Below, piece after piece: positions 6,661 through 15,546 of a stretch of 64,000 nucleotides of DNA (its first letter is position 1; each line of letters opens with the position of its first letter). A program made the position numbers and the translations under genes. Origin of the DNA: a virus; UHGV virus genome UHGV-1455077. One strand, 5' to 3'. The notes beneath the pieces were generated by a model. That model was not told the origin of the DNA. It did not search any database and was given only the letters and a program-made list of their open reading frames with translations.

Positions 6661-7728
6661 TTTAGCATTAGCTGTCAAGCCCCGCACCGAGCTACCGTCA
6701 AGCAAACTAGCACGGGAATAGTCACTCACACGCGAACCAACCCCGCAGTTAGATGAATCACCCCAATAACCACCAGCCCGCAAAACGAATCCTTCACCGT
6801 AAAAAGAACCTTTACCCATATCAGTATTAATTACTGTCCAACCACTTCCACCAGATGCACCAGTTGAATTTAAATATTGCCATAAAGCACCACAACAATC
6901 TTCAATACCATAAACAGAAATCATTCTTCTGCCAGCAGTATCTACGTGTCCACCAGTTGTTACAGGGTCAGCCGCACCTGAAATTGCAGTTCCTTGATTT
7001 GAACCAAATGCATAAACAGTAAATTCATTATCATTTGCTAAATGTTTTCCAACTGAAAATAAATCTTCAACGTGATTTTGATAATAACGTGTATCTGTAA
7101 TTGTACCACCAAATACTGATTTTGTATTTAAACCAGTTCCTGATTGTAAATAAATATCACACCATTTATCAATGGCATCAATATATGCCATACCATCAAC
7201 ATCAGCAAATCTCGGACGGAATGAAATACAAGATACTGAATTTGGTAAAATATCACCTGCATTATATCCTGATAATAAATGACCAGAAATAGTTCCAACA
7301 TTTGCACAAACAGTATGGAATGAAGATAGCCATTGAGTATTTGCTGTGGTATAACCAGTTGGAGCATCCGCATTTAATGAACAAATTAATTCTTTATCAG
7401 AAGTAATATAAATGTAATAAGTTTTTCCTGCCTGTAATGATGAACCAGTATCTAATATTGAAACAGGATTAATTTCTTTTGCTTCATAATTTTCATAATT
7501 AACCAATTCATTATTAAATACTAATGGAATATTACAAGGTTCAATAACAATTGTAGATTTATCAAAACAATTAGTTTTTCCTAATCTAAATAATTGTGCG
7601 TATGATTTACCTTTAATTGTAGTATCTAATTCTTTAATATGAACAAATCTAAAAGTTGGAGCAAATCCGCCTAATAAAGTTTGTAATCCATATATACGAT
7701 TTAATTGTACTTTTGAAATATCTATCAT
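6649..7728 (-). CDS. DGR target (variable) protein; C-terminal C-type-lectin/FGE-like fold carrying the VR; probable receptor-binding (tail fibre tip) protein
   Basis: 359-aa ORF whose last ~40 codons (FVLRAGGYWGDSSNCGVGSRVSDYSRASLLDGSSVRGL) are the VR. C-terminal GG.W...G pattern typical of CLec-fold DGR targets. AATAAATA late box upstream (7754-7761). Gene has noticeably higher GC than its neighbours. Confidence 0.8.
   Translation of the reverse strand: MIDISKVQLNRIYGLQTLLGGFAPTFRFVHIKELDTTIKGKSYAQLFRLGKTNCFDKSTIVIEPCNIPLVFNNELVNYENYEAKEINPVSILDTGSSLQAGKTYYIYITSDKELICSLNADAPTGYTTANTQWLSSFHTVCANVGTISGHLLSGYNAGDILPNSVSCISFRPRFADVDGMAYIDAIDKWCDIYLQSGTGLNTKSVFGGTITDTRYYQNHVEDLFSVGKHLANDNEFTVYAFGSNQGTAISGAADPVTTGGHVDTAGRRMISVYGIEDCCGALWQYLNSTGASGGSGWTVINTDMGKGSFYGEGFVLRAGGYWGDSSNCGVGSRVSDYSRASLLDGSSVRGLTANAKGFE
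6675..6790 (-). repeat. DGR variable repeat (VR) at the 3' end of the target gene
   Basis: Sense strand attcgttttgcgggctggtggttattggggtgattcatctaactgcggggttggttcgcgtgtgagtgactattcccgtgctagtttgcttgacggtagctcggtgcggggcttga. Identical to TR except where TR has A (18 sites) plus one T-to-G. GC-rich 3' end ctcggtgcggggcttga shared with TR, then the sequences diverge. Confidence 0.85.
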
Positions 7729-7753
7729 TCTAATACCTTTTGCTTATATCAAA

Positions 7754-7761
7754 TATTTATT
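7754..7761 (-). promoter_or_regulatory. late-promoter-like AATAAATA box upstream of the DGR target gene
   Basis: - strand ...tttcAATAAATAtttgatataagcaaaaggtattagaATG. Confidence 0.4.
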
Positions 7762-7766
7762 GAAAT

Positions 7767-7800
7767 AAAAATCCACCAGCAATATTGCTGGTGGATTTTT
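7767..7800 (-). terminator. hairpin aaaaatccaccagcaatattgctggtggattttt with flanking A/T runs (bidirectional)
   Basis: 12-bp perfect inverted repeat between 7827..8228 and the DGR target gene. Confidence 0.55.
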
Positions 7801-7826
7801 TAGTATAACAACAATGAAAAATTTTA

Positions 7827-8228
7827 TTACTTTTCTTTTTTAATCAATTCAATCGTCTGTTTACCAAGTTCAGTAATCATTGATTTAACAATATCTTCTT
7901 CGGTTTCACAACGATATTCATTATAAGAACCTTCAGCATTGTGATATTTTAAATTACAAACTATTTCTTCTAAATCTTCAGATGGCAATGTACTTTCATA
8001 AACTTCATCTGTATGTTTATCTTTAATAAAAATTGTAAGTTCATATTCATCTAAATGAGCTTCAATGATTTCAAAATCATTTGACAATTTCATAGGAAAT
8101 GTCTGCTCTACCCCATTAACTGTTTTAACTTCGGTTGAATTGCTAAAAGCAAACCAACTGACACAGCCAACCAAAAATGCAACTAAAATTGTTAAACCTA
8201 AAACCTGAATTTTTTTAATCATCTTCAT
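7827..8228 (-). CDS. putative lipoprotein
   Basis: N-terminal signal peptide with lipobox LVGC (MKMIKKIQVLGLTILVAFLVGC). Confidence 0.5.
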   Translation of the reverse strand: MKMIKKIQVLGLTILVAFLVGCVSWFAFSNSTEVKTVNGVEQTFPMKLSNDFEIIEAHLDEYELTIFIKDKHTDEVYESTLPSEDLEEIVCNLKYHNAEGSYNEYRCETEEDIVKSMITELGKQTIELIKKEK

Positions 8229-8410
8229 TTTTTTTATTCCTTTTCAAAAATACCTTTATAATTACGATATGAATATTTGTCGTTTGGATTAAATTTACAA
8301 CGATAAAATCCATTAAGTTTCTTTAGCCATTTAGCATAATCACGTTTTTCTTTTTCTTTCTGTTTTTTCAATTTTTCTTCTAATGTTTTTTCTTCCATAG
8401 CATACTCCTA

Positions 8411-8692
8411 TTATTTTTTAATAATTTTTCCAATTGAGCGAATACCATAATCCAACTCAAAAGGTATATTTTCGACTGAATTATACTGATATTCAACAAC
8501 ATAATTATTAGTATTGTATTTTTGATACAATCCTCTAATTTTAAAAGATGCATTAACCATTTTCCGACTTCCAACAACCATATTATATGGAATCGTTTCA
8601 ACAATCTGTCTGGTTTTAATATCTTTTATGATAACATTACCAATGATTCTTTGAAGTTTCATCATTATTCCCCTTTCTTTAACAATTACCAT
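8411..8692 (-). CDS. hypothetical protein
   Basis: 93-aa ORF; the overlapping 8380..8604 alternative is less protein-like. Confidence 0.35.
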   Translation of the reverse strand: MVIVKERGIMMKLQRIIGNVIIKDIKTRQIVETIPYNMVVGSRKMVNASFKIRGLYQKYNTNNYVVEYQYNSVENIPFELDYGIRSIGKIIKK

Positions 8693-9168
8693 TCACAATC
8701 ATCATCGTCAGACCAATAATCTGACTCGTCATCATCTTCTCCCCACATCTCATCAGCTTTTTCGGCAAATACCAAACGAGAATCATCGGTATTTTTTTCT
8801 TCAAAAATAGAAGGATTTTCTTTTACATAATTTAAAACATCTTTCGTCAACTGATTTAAAGAATTTTCATAATCATCATCATTACTATTAAAATAATATG
8901 AAGTCATTTTACTAATTTGATTTTTAAATCCTTTATCTGCCAAATAAAGAGCATCACTACCACAAGTTTCTACTCCATAACCAACAAAAAATTTATCTCC
9001 ATCGTTCCACCAACGATACCCAAGACGATTAATTGCACGAATAATCTCACCACCAACTGTTTCACACATCCCAACTTCTGGAACATATTTTTTAAACAAT
9101 TCAACAATTTCATCATCAATTGCTTGTATTTCTTTTTTTGATAGTTTTTCCATTATTTTTCCTTTCAT
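8686..9168 (-). CDS. hypothetical protein, acidic C-terminus
   Basis: 160-aa ORF with RBS-like aaaggaaaa upstream. Confidence 0.45.
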   Translation of the reverse strand: MKGKIMEKLSKKEIQAIDDEIVELFKKYVPEVGMCETVGGEIIRAINRLGYRWWNDGDKFFVGYGVETCGSDALYLADKGFKNQISKMTSYYFNSNDDDYENSLNQLTKDVLNYVKENPSIFEEKNTDDSRLVFAEKADEMWGEDDDESDYWSDDDDCEW

Positions 9169-9204
9169 ATTATAAAAAAGCTCATCATTTGTTGTTTGAT
9201 GAGC

Positions 9205-9235
9205 TTAATATAACAGCTAAAAAATAGTTGTCAAT
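9205..9235 (-). promoter_or_regulatory. sigma70-like early promoter (TTGACA-N17-TATATT)
   Basis: - strand TTGACAactattttttagctgtTATATT. Followed by a hairpin gctcatcaaacaacaaatgatgagc plus a T-run (9175-9204) before the start at 9168. Confidence 0.35.
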
Positions 9236-9243
9236 AGGAAAAT

Positions 9244-9900
9244 TTAAATTTTTTCAAGTTTTTTCATTTTTCGTTCAAATTTATTTAATTTTTCAATAAA
9301 ATAATTACAAGAATAATTACCCCATTCAAAAATAATTTGAGCTTTTTCTTCAATATAATTCTTTTTAATTTTTTGAAACATTTCTTTTGTTCCATCTTCC
9401 CATATAATTATCATATCTTTTTCTTTTATACTTAGAAAATTAAAATTTTCTTCTAAAAAGTTTATAGTAAATACTTCCCCATTAATTTTTGTTAAGTCAA
9501 TACTGGCAAGAACTGATTTACTAAATGTATAATTTAAATTTTCAAATTCTCTTAAATGATAATATAATGATTTAAAATTCCAATAATCACTTTTCTTTAT
9601 GAAATTATATGAACTACAAAACGGATGTTTTTTAAAATAATTTATAAATGTCCAACTATCTGAAAAGCGTAAAATATGAGCTACACAATAAGAATCATTT
9701 AAATAACACTTATATCTATTTAAATTCTGTATATAAACACTTACAATTTCTTCTTGTATAAAATTTTCTATTTCTTTATTTAATTTAATAATGAAATTAT
9801 TTTTATTTGCTTTTAATTTTTTATGATAATTAAAAGCTCTTAATTTATTACTTATTTTATTTTCACTAAAGTAAAATTTTTTAAATAAATTTTTAATCAT
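9244..9900 (-). CDS. hypothetical protein
   Basis: 218-aa ORF. Confidence 0.4.
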   Translation of the reverse strand: MIKNLFKKFYFSENKISNKLRAFNYHKKLKANKNNFIIKLNKEIENFIQEEIVSVYIQNLNRYKCYLNDSYCVAHILRFSDSWTFINYFKKHPFCSSYNFIKKSDYWNFKSLYYHLREFENLNYTFSKSVLASIDLTKINGEVFTINFLEENFNFLSIKEKDMIIIWEDGTKEMFQKIKKNYIEEKAQIIFEWGNYSCNYFIEKLNKFERKMKKLEKI

Positions 9901-10052
9901 TATCTTTGCTCCATTGATGTTTCATCAATCTTTTCATTTTATTTCTATTATATTTCTTTTTAGAAGGAATAACTTTTTGCTTATATAAAGGATTTGACCA
10001 TAATTCAAGTGCCGTTAAATCACGGCGTTTAATTTCTGGTTTTATAACTAAT

Positions 10053-10670
10053 TTAATTATCTTCATTTTTTATTATTCTTTCAACTTCAATCTCAAATTC
10101 ATTATTGATAGAAATAAAGAAAATTACATCACAATCTTTACTCTGTAATATTAAATAATCATCAACCCCGTTATGTTCTATATACACATCAGTTATTTTT
10201 CTACCTAAAATCTCGGCAATATCACTACAATGTTTATTAATTGTATACTTTGATTTAATTCTAAGAACAGTATTTTCTTTTAAAAATACAAAATCAATAC
10301 AATGCTGGTCATAAACAACATAGTTAAGTTCATATTCAGTAAGCATTTTAAGACTATCTTCATTAGCAACTTCAATAACTTTAAGACTTCTATCTAAAAA
10401 ATTTGAAGATTGAATAGCAGATTTCCAACTATCATATTCTTCAATAAAGTTTTCTTCTGAAATATATGAATAATTATCGCCAGTCAATGGATATGATTCA
10501 AATTCAACTTTACCATTATTATAAAATTTATGGATTCCTAAAGTATTATAACCAACTTGATTTGAATTATATGTATCAATATGCGTAATGACAAATTTAT
10601 CATTTAATTCTTGATACACTTGTCCAACTTTAATTTCAAATTTTTTCATCAATTTTCTCCTCACAATCAT
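10053..10670 (-). CDS. hypothetical protein
   Basis: 205-aa ORF. Confidence 0.4.
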   Translation of the reverse strand: MIVRRKLMKKFEIKVGQVYQELNDKFVITHIDTYNSNQVGYNTLGIHKFYNNGKVEFESYPLTGDNYSYISEENFIEEYDSWKSAIQSSNFLDRSLKVIEVANEDSLKMLTEYELNYVVYDQHCIDFVFLKENTVLRIKSKYTINKHCSDIAEILGRKITDVYIEHNGVDDYLILQSKDCDVIFFISINNEFEIEVERIIKNEDN

Positions 10671-10956
10671 AGTTTTTTATTATATATGAAATAATTTTTT
10701 CAAATTTTCGTACATCTTTGTTAAATTCTATATCAAAATTTTCCAATGACATTTTAGAATCATAACGTTTCTTAAAAACATAATGAAAATCATTTACTGA
10801 ATATTCAGCATCTACTGATGTTGACATTTCTTTAAAATATTCACTAAAAAAATGATAACATCTAAAATTAACAGTTATATTATCAATTTTAGTTTTATAA
10901 GAATATTTGTCCAATAAAGTTGATTTTTCAGGAATATCGTTTAATGTTAAACTCAT
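10636..10956 (-). CDS. hypothetical protein
   Basis: 106-aa ORF downstream of promoter 10984-11016. Confidence 0.4.
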   Translation of the reverse strand: MSLTLNDIPEKSTLLDKYSYKTKIDNITVNFRCYHFFSEYFKEMSTSVDAEYSVNDFHYVFKKRYDSKMSLENFDIEFNKDVRKFEKIISYIIKNYDCEEKIDEKI

Positions 10957-10983
10957 ATAAAAATACCTTTAATAAATTTATTA

Positions 10984-11016
10984 AAGGTATTATAGAAACT
11001 TATTTTTTAATTGTCA
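10984..11016 (-). promoter_or_regulatory. sigma70-like early promoter (TTGACA-N17-TATAAT)
   Basis: - strand cTTGACAattaaaaaataagtttcTATAATacc; consensus -35 and -10. Confidence 0.5.
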
Positions 11017-11026
11017 AGAATTTTTT

Positions 11027-11102
11027 TGGCACTCCCAGAGGGATTCTAACCCCCAATTTAACGTCCGTAGCGTTATGGTTTATACAATTAGCCTATGGGA
11101 GC
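11027..11102 (-). tRNA. tRNA-Arg (anticodon ACG), CCA encoded
   Basis: GCTCCCA acceptor paired with TGGGAGT. Anticodon stem TAACG/CGTTA, loop CTACGGA. T-arm GGGGG-TTAGAAT-CCCTC (non-canonical T-loop). 3' GCCA. Confidence 0.5.
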
Positions 11103-11107
11103 GTTTT

Positions 11108-11569
11108 TTATTTACCCCAAAGTTTATTTTGAGCCAACATAACAACATTACCTAATCTTTGTTTAGCAGTTTCTTCATCAATTTTTCCATCTTCCATTGC
11201 ACGATAAATTTCTTCTGCTTTAATTGTTAACTCATCATTTTCTGGTAAATTAGCATTAATAAATTGTAATTGCATCCAAGGATTAACATCAGAATCAAAA
11301 GGTTTTCCTTCTAACAATTTTTTAATAACTGGGTCAGAAATTTCATTTAATTTTGTTTCCATTTCAAAACTTTCTGTTAATTTAGAATATACGCCATCAG
11401 CTAAACCTTCTGCCATTTCAGCATTTTTTAATTTAGCATCTTCAATAACTTTTTCTATTTGGTCAACTGATTTATTTTCAACAATAAATTTACGACCATA
11501 AATATATCCAAATGAGTAATCTCTTGATTTGTCTTTAATTTGTGAAACATCCATAATATTATTCTCCAT
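11108..11569 (-). CDS. hypothetical protein
   Basis: 153-aa ORF. Confidence 0.4.
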   Translation of the reverse strand: MENNIMDVSQIKDKSRDYSFGYIYGRKFIVENKSVDQIEKVIEDAKLKNAEMAEGLADGVYSKLTESFEMETKLNEISDPVIKKLLEGKPFDSDVNPWMQLQFINANLPENDELTIKAEEIYRAMEDGKIDEETAKQRLGNVVMLAQNKLWGK

Positions 11570-11594
11570 TATATATAGTAATATTTATGAAATA

Positions 11595-11954
11595 TTAACA
11601 CGAACGATTTTTTATATGATTAATTAATTTATCAAATGTATCAAAATTCCAATAATCATATCCATAAGATAAAATAAAATCTTTATGAAAATATCCATCA
11701 GATTCTAATTGATTATTAATTTCTTTTAATAATCTTAATTGTTCTCTTGTTTGAATATATCGGTAATCAACCATTAATGTTTGATTGCCATTAACAATTC
11801 TAATCCAGCCTAACTCTAAAGTTTTTGTAGTGGCATCTTCATCACTATCATATGTTTCTCCTAATAAATTTTCAATAAATTTTTTATGACCAAAATCATT
11901 CATTATTGTATAAATTTTGTTATCAGGAGAAATCCAAAATCCATAAGGTTTCAT
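11595..11954 (-). CDS. hypothetical protein (position matches the clamp-loader small subunit of T4-like phages; no sequence support)
   Basis: 119-aa ORF immediately downstream of the gp44-like gene; sigma70-like promoter at 11988-12016. Confidence 0.35.
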   Translation of the reverse strand: MKPYGFWISPDNKIYTIMNDFGHKKFIENLLGETYDSDEDATTKTLELGWIRIVNGNQTLMVDYRYIQTREQLRLLKEINNQLESDGYFHKDFILSYGYDYWNFDTFDKLINHIKNRSC

Positions 11955-11987
11955 TTATATCCTTTAAAAAATAAGGTTATCTAAAAT

Positions 11988-12016
11988 ATGATAACCTTAA
12001 TATAACATATAAATTT
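11988..12016 (-). promoter_or_regulatory. sigma70-like early promoter
   Basis: - strand TTGACAaaagaaatttatatgTTATATTaagg. Confidence 0.35.
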
Positions 12017-12032
12017 CTTTTGTCAATAGAAA

Positions 12033-12986
12033 TTAGCTTTCTAATATAAATTTAATTTCAATTAAGCAAGAAATAAAATTAATATCAGGAAATGCAACAA
12101 AATTATGTTGATATAAATATTTTGCAATAGTTATTAAAATCTTATCATATTTTTTAACATCAGTTGATATTAATTCCAAATGATTATACATAAACTGATA
12201 TAATGGTTCATATTCTTCCATAGCAATTGTTTGTGCTAATTTTTGTTTCATTGATAAGCAAGACATTGTAGATATATTTGTTACAATATCACTAAATTTA
12301 TCAAATGAATATGCGGCATCATTATTTAATGGTTGAAGAACATTATTAATTGTATTTTGGTCAATTGCATTAATGCAAGCTCTTAAATCTGGCTGATAAA
12401 CTTCAACATATTTAACAACATCATTCATATTTTGAACTGTAATTTTTTCATCTTGTAAAATTGTTGCAATTCTTCCAACAAATTCTTCAAATTTTAAAGT
12501 ATTAAAATGATAACGTTGACAACGAGAAGTTATTGCTTCATCAATATGTGAAATATTGTTAGTTGTTAAAATAAATCTACACCAATTTGAATATTCTTCC
12601 AAAACAAATTTTAGCGAACTTTGAGCTTGCTTTGAAGCTCTTTCAAATTCTTCTAAAATAACATATTTAATAACTCCTTCTTGAAATGGTGGTACAGAAG
12701 CATAATCAATTACTTTACGCATATCATCAATAGAAGTTTTATCTGACATATTAAAACGAACATAATCAACAAGTTTTAATTCATTTATTAAAACATTAAT
12801 TGATGAAGATTTTCCTGTTCCAGGAGGCCCAAAGAAAATTAAATGTGTATCAATTTGCCCATTAGCAACCCAACTCTTAAATTTATTCTCATATTCATCA
12901 TTAATAAATACCAAATCATTTACAGTTTTTGGTCTATATTTTTCAGTTAATATCTGATTCATTTTTCCCCTCATTAAGATGTTCAT
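12033..12986 (-). CDS. clamp loader large subunit (RFC-like AAA+ ATPase, T4 gp44-like)
   Basis: LTEKYRPKTVNDL (RFC box II), Walker A FFGPPGTGKSS, DEAD-like ILEEFE, SRC-like TSRCQ. Confidence 0.8.
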   Translation of the reverse strand: MNILMRGKMNQILTEKYRPKTVNDLVFINDEYENKFKSWVANGQIDTHLIFFGPPGTGKSSSINVLINELKLVDYVRFNMSDKTSIDDMRKVIDYASVPPFQEGVIKYVILEEFERASKQAQSSLKFVLEEYSNWCRFILTTNNISHIDEAITSRCQRYHFNTLKFEEFVGRIATILQDEKITVQNMNDVVKYVEVYQPDLRACINAIDQNTINNVLQPLNNDAAYSFDKFSDIVTNISTMSCLSMKQKLAQTIAMEEYEPLYQFMYNHLELISTDVKKYDKILITIAKYLYQHNFVAFPDINFISCLIEIKFILES

Positions 12987-13215
12987 TTAATTTATCCATA
13001 AAATTATACCATACATTTGCATCGGTTAAATCACCAATTCGTTGCATTTCAGACGCTTCAACAATTTCTTTAATCATTGATTTTAAGCAAAATTCAGACA
13101 AATTAGTTAAACCAATTTCATTAATAACATAATCACAAAATGTTTTAGGAGCATATGTACTTCTTCCTAAACAATATCTAAATGCAAACGTTACCATTAA
13201 TTCTTTATCATTCAT
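12943..13215 (-). CDS. hypothetical protein
   Basis: 90-aa ORF overlapping the start of the clamp-loader gene. Confidence 0.35.
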   Translation of the reverse strand: MNDKELMVTFAFRYCLGRSTYAPKTFCDYVINEIGLTNLSEFCLKSMIKEIVEASEMQRIGDLTDANVWYNFMDKLNEHLNEGKNESDIN

Positions 13216-13227
13216 TATCTTAATTCC

Positions 13228-13662
13228 TTAAGAATTTTTATCATTTTCTTCAATAACTTCTAAAGGTTTTGTATCAAAAGAACAACTAACACATAAAGCA
13301 ACTGCCGTCAAATTATAATTAGATATTTTGCCTTCATTGTCAACTTCTCCTATACCAGTTGCACAACAATATACAGGCATTTTTTTATTAGAAATGACAT
13401 CATTAATAGATGCAACTATAATATCATTTTGACTATCAAATGTTGACCCTTCAATCCATAATTCATTGTTTTCAATATATGCTTTTTCAATTTTTCCACA
13501 AATATTATCAAAATCATAAGGGTCATCTGGTAATTCATACAATAGAGGAATATCATTTTCTTGAATATCTTGGTATACTTTTTCAATAATTTCTTGTGAA
13601 TAAATTCTACCATTAGCATTTATTTTGTCTGCTTGAAAACAGCAACTCTTAAATTTTACCAT
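13228..13662 (-). CDS. hypothetical protein
   Basis: 144-aa ORF. Confidence 0.4.
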   Translation of the reverse strand: MVKFKSCCFQADKINANGRIYSQEIIEKVYQDIQENDIPLLYELPDDPYDFDNICGKIEKAYIENNELWIEGSTFDSQNDIIVASINDVISNKKMPVYCCATGIGEVDNEGKISNYNLTAVALCVSCSFDTKPLEVIEENDKNS

Positions 13663-13664
13663 TA

Positions 13665-13946
13665 TTATACCTCACAAATTTGTTGAATATCAATTACATC
13701 TATAACAATAGATGCATCACCTTTAATATAGTTTTCTGAATAATCAATATCAAAACCTTCATCTTTCATTGCTTGTAAAAATCTACGTTCATTAACATCC
13801 TCAACTTCACAAACTTCTTCTACCATTTTCTTTGTAATTAAAATAGTATTTAATCTTCCAGACCCTCTACAATCCATCTGTTGTATTGGAACATAGATTA
13901 TATTTCCACGATAAGGAATTTTACAACGTATTAAATAATTTTCCAT
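13665..13946 (-). CDS. hypothetical protein
   Basis: 93-aa ORF. Confidence 0.4.
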   Translation of the reverse strand: MENYLIRCKIPYRGNIIYVPIQQMDCRGSGRLNTILITKKMVEEVCEVEDVNERRFLQAMKDEGFDIDYSENYIKGDASIVIDVIDIQQICEV

Positions 13947-13952
13947 ATATTT

Positions 13953-14315
13953 TTACCCTATAAAAAATAGTGTTGCTAAACTTATACCTATAATTGATAA
14001 AATTGTCAATATAATTGTTAAAAATGGATGAGATTTCTTCTTTCTTTGACCATACCAGTTTTCCCAATTTTTTTGAACAAAACATTTTAATTCAGTATCA
14101 TTTGGTAAATGGTCTTTTCCAAATAAAGCATATAATTCTGGATATTTTCGTTTATCAAAAATTTTATTTGGTGTCCATTTAATAAAACTTTCAGGAACTG
14201 CTCCATCAACATCCATTGTAAAACCAATAGGTGTGGTATCTTCAATAGGTTTATTTTTATTAAAATCCCACAAATCTTTTCTTTTAGTGGCTTTAATAAC
14301 AGTAATTCTTTCCAT
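13953..14315 (-). CDS. hypothetical membrane-anchored protein
   Basis: C-terminal hydrophobic helix FLTIILTILSIIGISLATLFFIG. Confidence 0.4.
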   Translation of the reverse strand: MERITVIKATKRKDLWDFNKNKPIEDTTPIGFTMDVDGAVPESFIKWTPNKIFDKRKYPELYALFGKDHLPNDTELKCFVQKNWENWYGQRKKKSHPFLTIILTILSIIGISLATLFFIG

Positions 14316-14329
14316 TGATTTAATCCTTG

Positions 14330-14740
14330 TTATATATTATTAAATATTCCAAATACTTTTTCTTTTTCCCAACAAGCAACTGACCCATCTTCACGACCAT
14401 CAGGAAGTTTAAAATATCCTGTTTCTCTTAAAACATCACCTAATGAAGTATATACAAAATGCCATCCTTGTTCTTTTAATTTATTAATTTTTTCTTCTGA
14501 ATCTTTTAAATAATCAATCCATTCTTGATTAAAGGGTAATCCATATTTTTCTGAATCTTCTTTTTGAACTTGAATTTCTTCTTCAATACTTCTAAAATCA
14601 TCTGGAACAGCTAAATCAAATTGTTCTGTATAAACTTCCCATTCTTCAAAATCAGGATATTGTTGTTTACATTTTTCAATTTCTTTTAATAAGGTTTTAA
14701 TTTTCATCTGATACTCTCTTAGCGTGTATTGTTCCACCAT
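14330..14740 (-). CDS. hypothetical protein
   Basis: 136-aa ORF. Confidence 0.4.
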   Translation of the reverse strand: MVEQYTLREYQMKIKTLLKEIEKCKQQYPDFEEWEVYTEQFDLAVPDDFRSIEEEIQVQKEDSEKYGLPFNQEWIDYLKDSEEKINKLKEQGWHFVYTSLGDVLRETGYFKLPDGREDGSVACWEKEKVFGIFNNI

Positions 14741-15166
14741 CTGCCATTACTTTTGTAACTTCAAATAAAATTCCAGAATCTGAATAAAATCTTAATCCTT
14801 TTTTAATAAGGCTTGGAAATAATTGTTTTCTAAATTTCATTTTTGAAGATGAATGATAATACAATGATTCCCAATAATATTCTAATTCTTTAGCATCATC
14901 ATTTGATATTACAACATCATAATATAATGCTCTTTCTTTTTTTGAAAATAACTTTTTTAACCAATTAATCATCGTTTTCTCCTATTAATGCTTGTCTAGC
15001 AACTTCTCCTCTATCTCTAATTTTTTCAATAATTCTACTACCGCCATTCATATAAGCATATTTTAATGTTTCAGTATCGTACTCAATATGACCACATCCA
15101 GCATAAAATCTTAAAGCTTTTTTATATCGTTCAATAGTTTTTAATAATTTATTTAAATCAGTATCC

Positions 15167-15544
15167 TTACTCATCTTCAATTCCAAATTCCTTAAGTTGC
15201 TGGGGCATAATTTTAGAAACTGCCATTAATCCTTCTTTAATTGATTTAGGAGAAACATACCATAATGTTTTATCTTCACCTTTAATTGTCATTGCCATAG
15301 ATGTACTCCAATGACCGTGCCGTAATAATATCCAATCCCCAACATTTACATAATTAATATTAGAAGCCTTATAAACAACTTTTGCCCATCGTGGTCTTGC
15401 AAATCTTCCTTCATAATCCATTTGTTCAGGCGGTAAAATAAAACCAGATTTTAAAGTTCTTTCTCCATATTCAATATTTTTAACAAATAATGAATTTGGT
15501 AAACATTCAATATAATTTGGTATAGTTACTCCATAATCAATCAT
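15167..15544 (-). CDS. hypothetical protein, possibly a GroES/gp31-like co-chaperonin
   Basis: GFILPPEQ...ARPRWAKVV...VGDWILL resembles the GroES mobile-loop and body pattern (GIVLP...GEVVAVG...VGDKVLF); weak. Confidence 0.3.
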   Translation of the reverse strand: MIDYGVTIPNYIECLPNSLFVKNIEYGERTLKSGFILPPEQMDYEGRFARPRWAKVVYKASNINYVNVGDWILLRHGHWSTSMAMTIKGEDKTLWYVSPKSIKEGLMAVSKIMPQQLKEFGIEDE

Positions 15545-15546
15545 TA

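Larger units (their letters stand above)
4998..7728. mobile_element. diversity-generating retroelement: TR (4998-5113), RT (5239-6570), target gene with VR (6649-7728; VR 6675-6790)
   Basis: RT with DGR-specific motifs. 116-bp TR/VR pair with adenine-restricted mismatches. GC-rich IMH-like 3' end and hairpins downstream of VR. See the individual features. Confidence 0.85.

Noticed and set aside
7101-7373. Small ORFs 7101..7292 (+) and 7128..7373 (-) inside the DGR target gene
   Set aside because: They are embedded in or antisense to a long well-supported ORF, and their translations are low-complexity.
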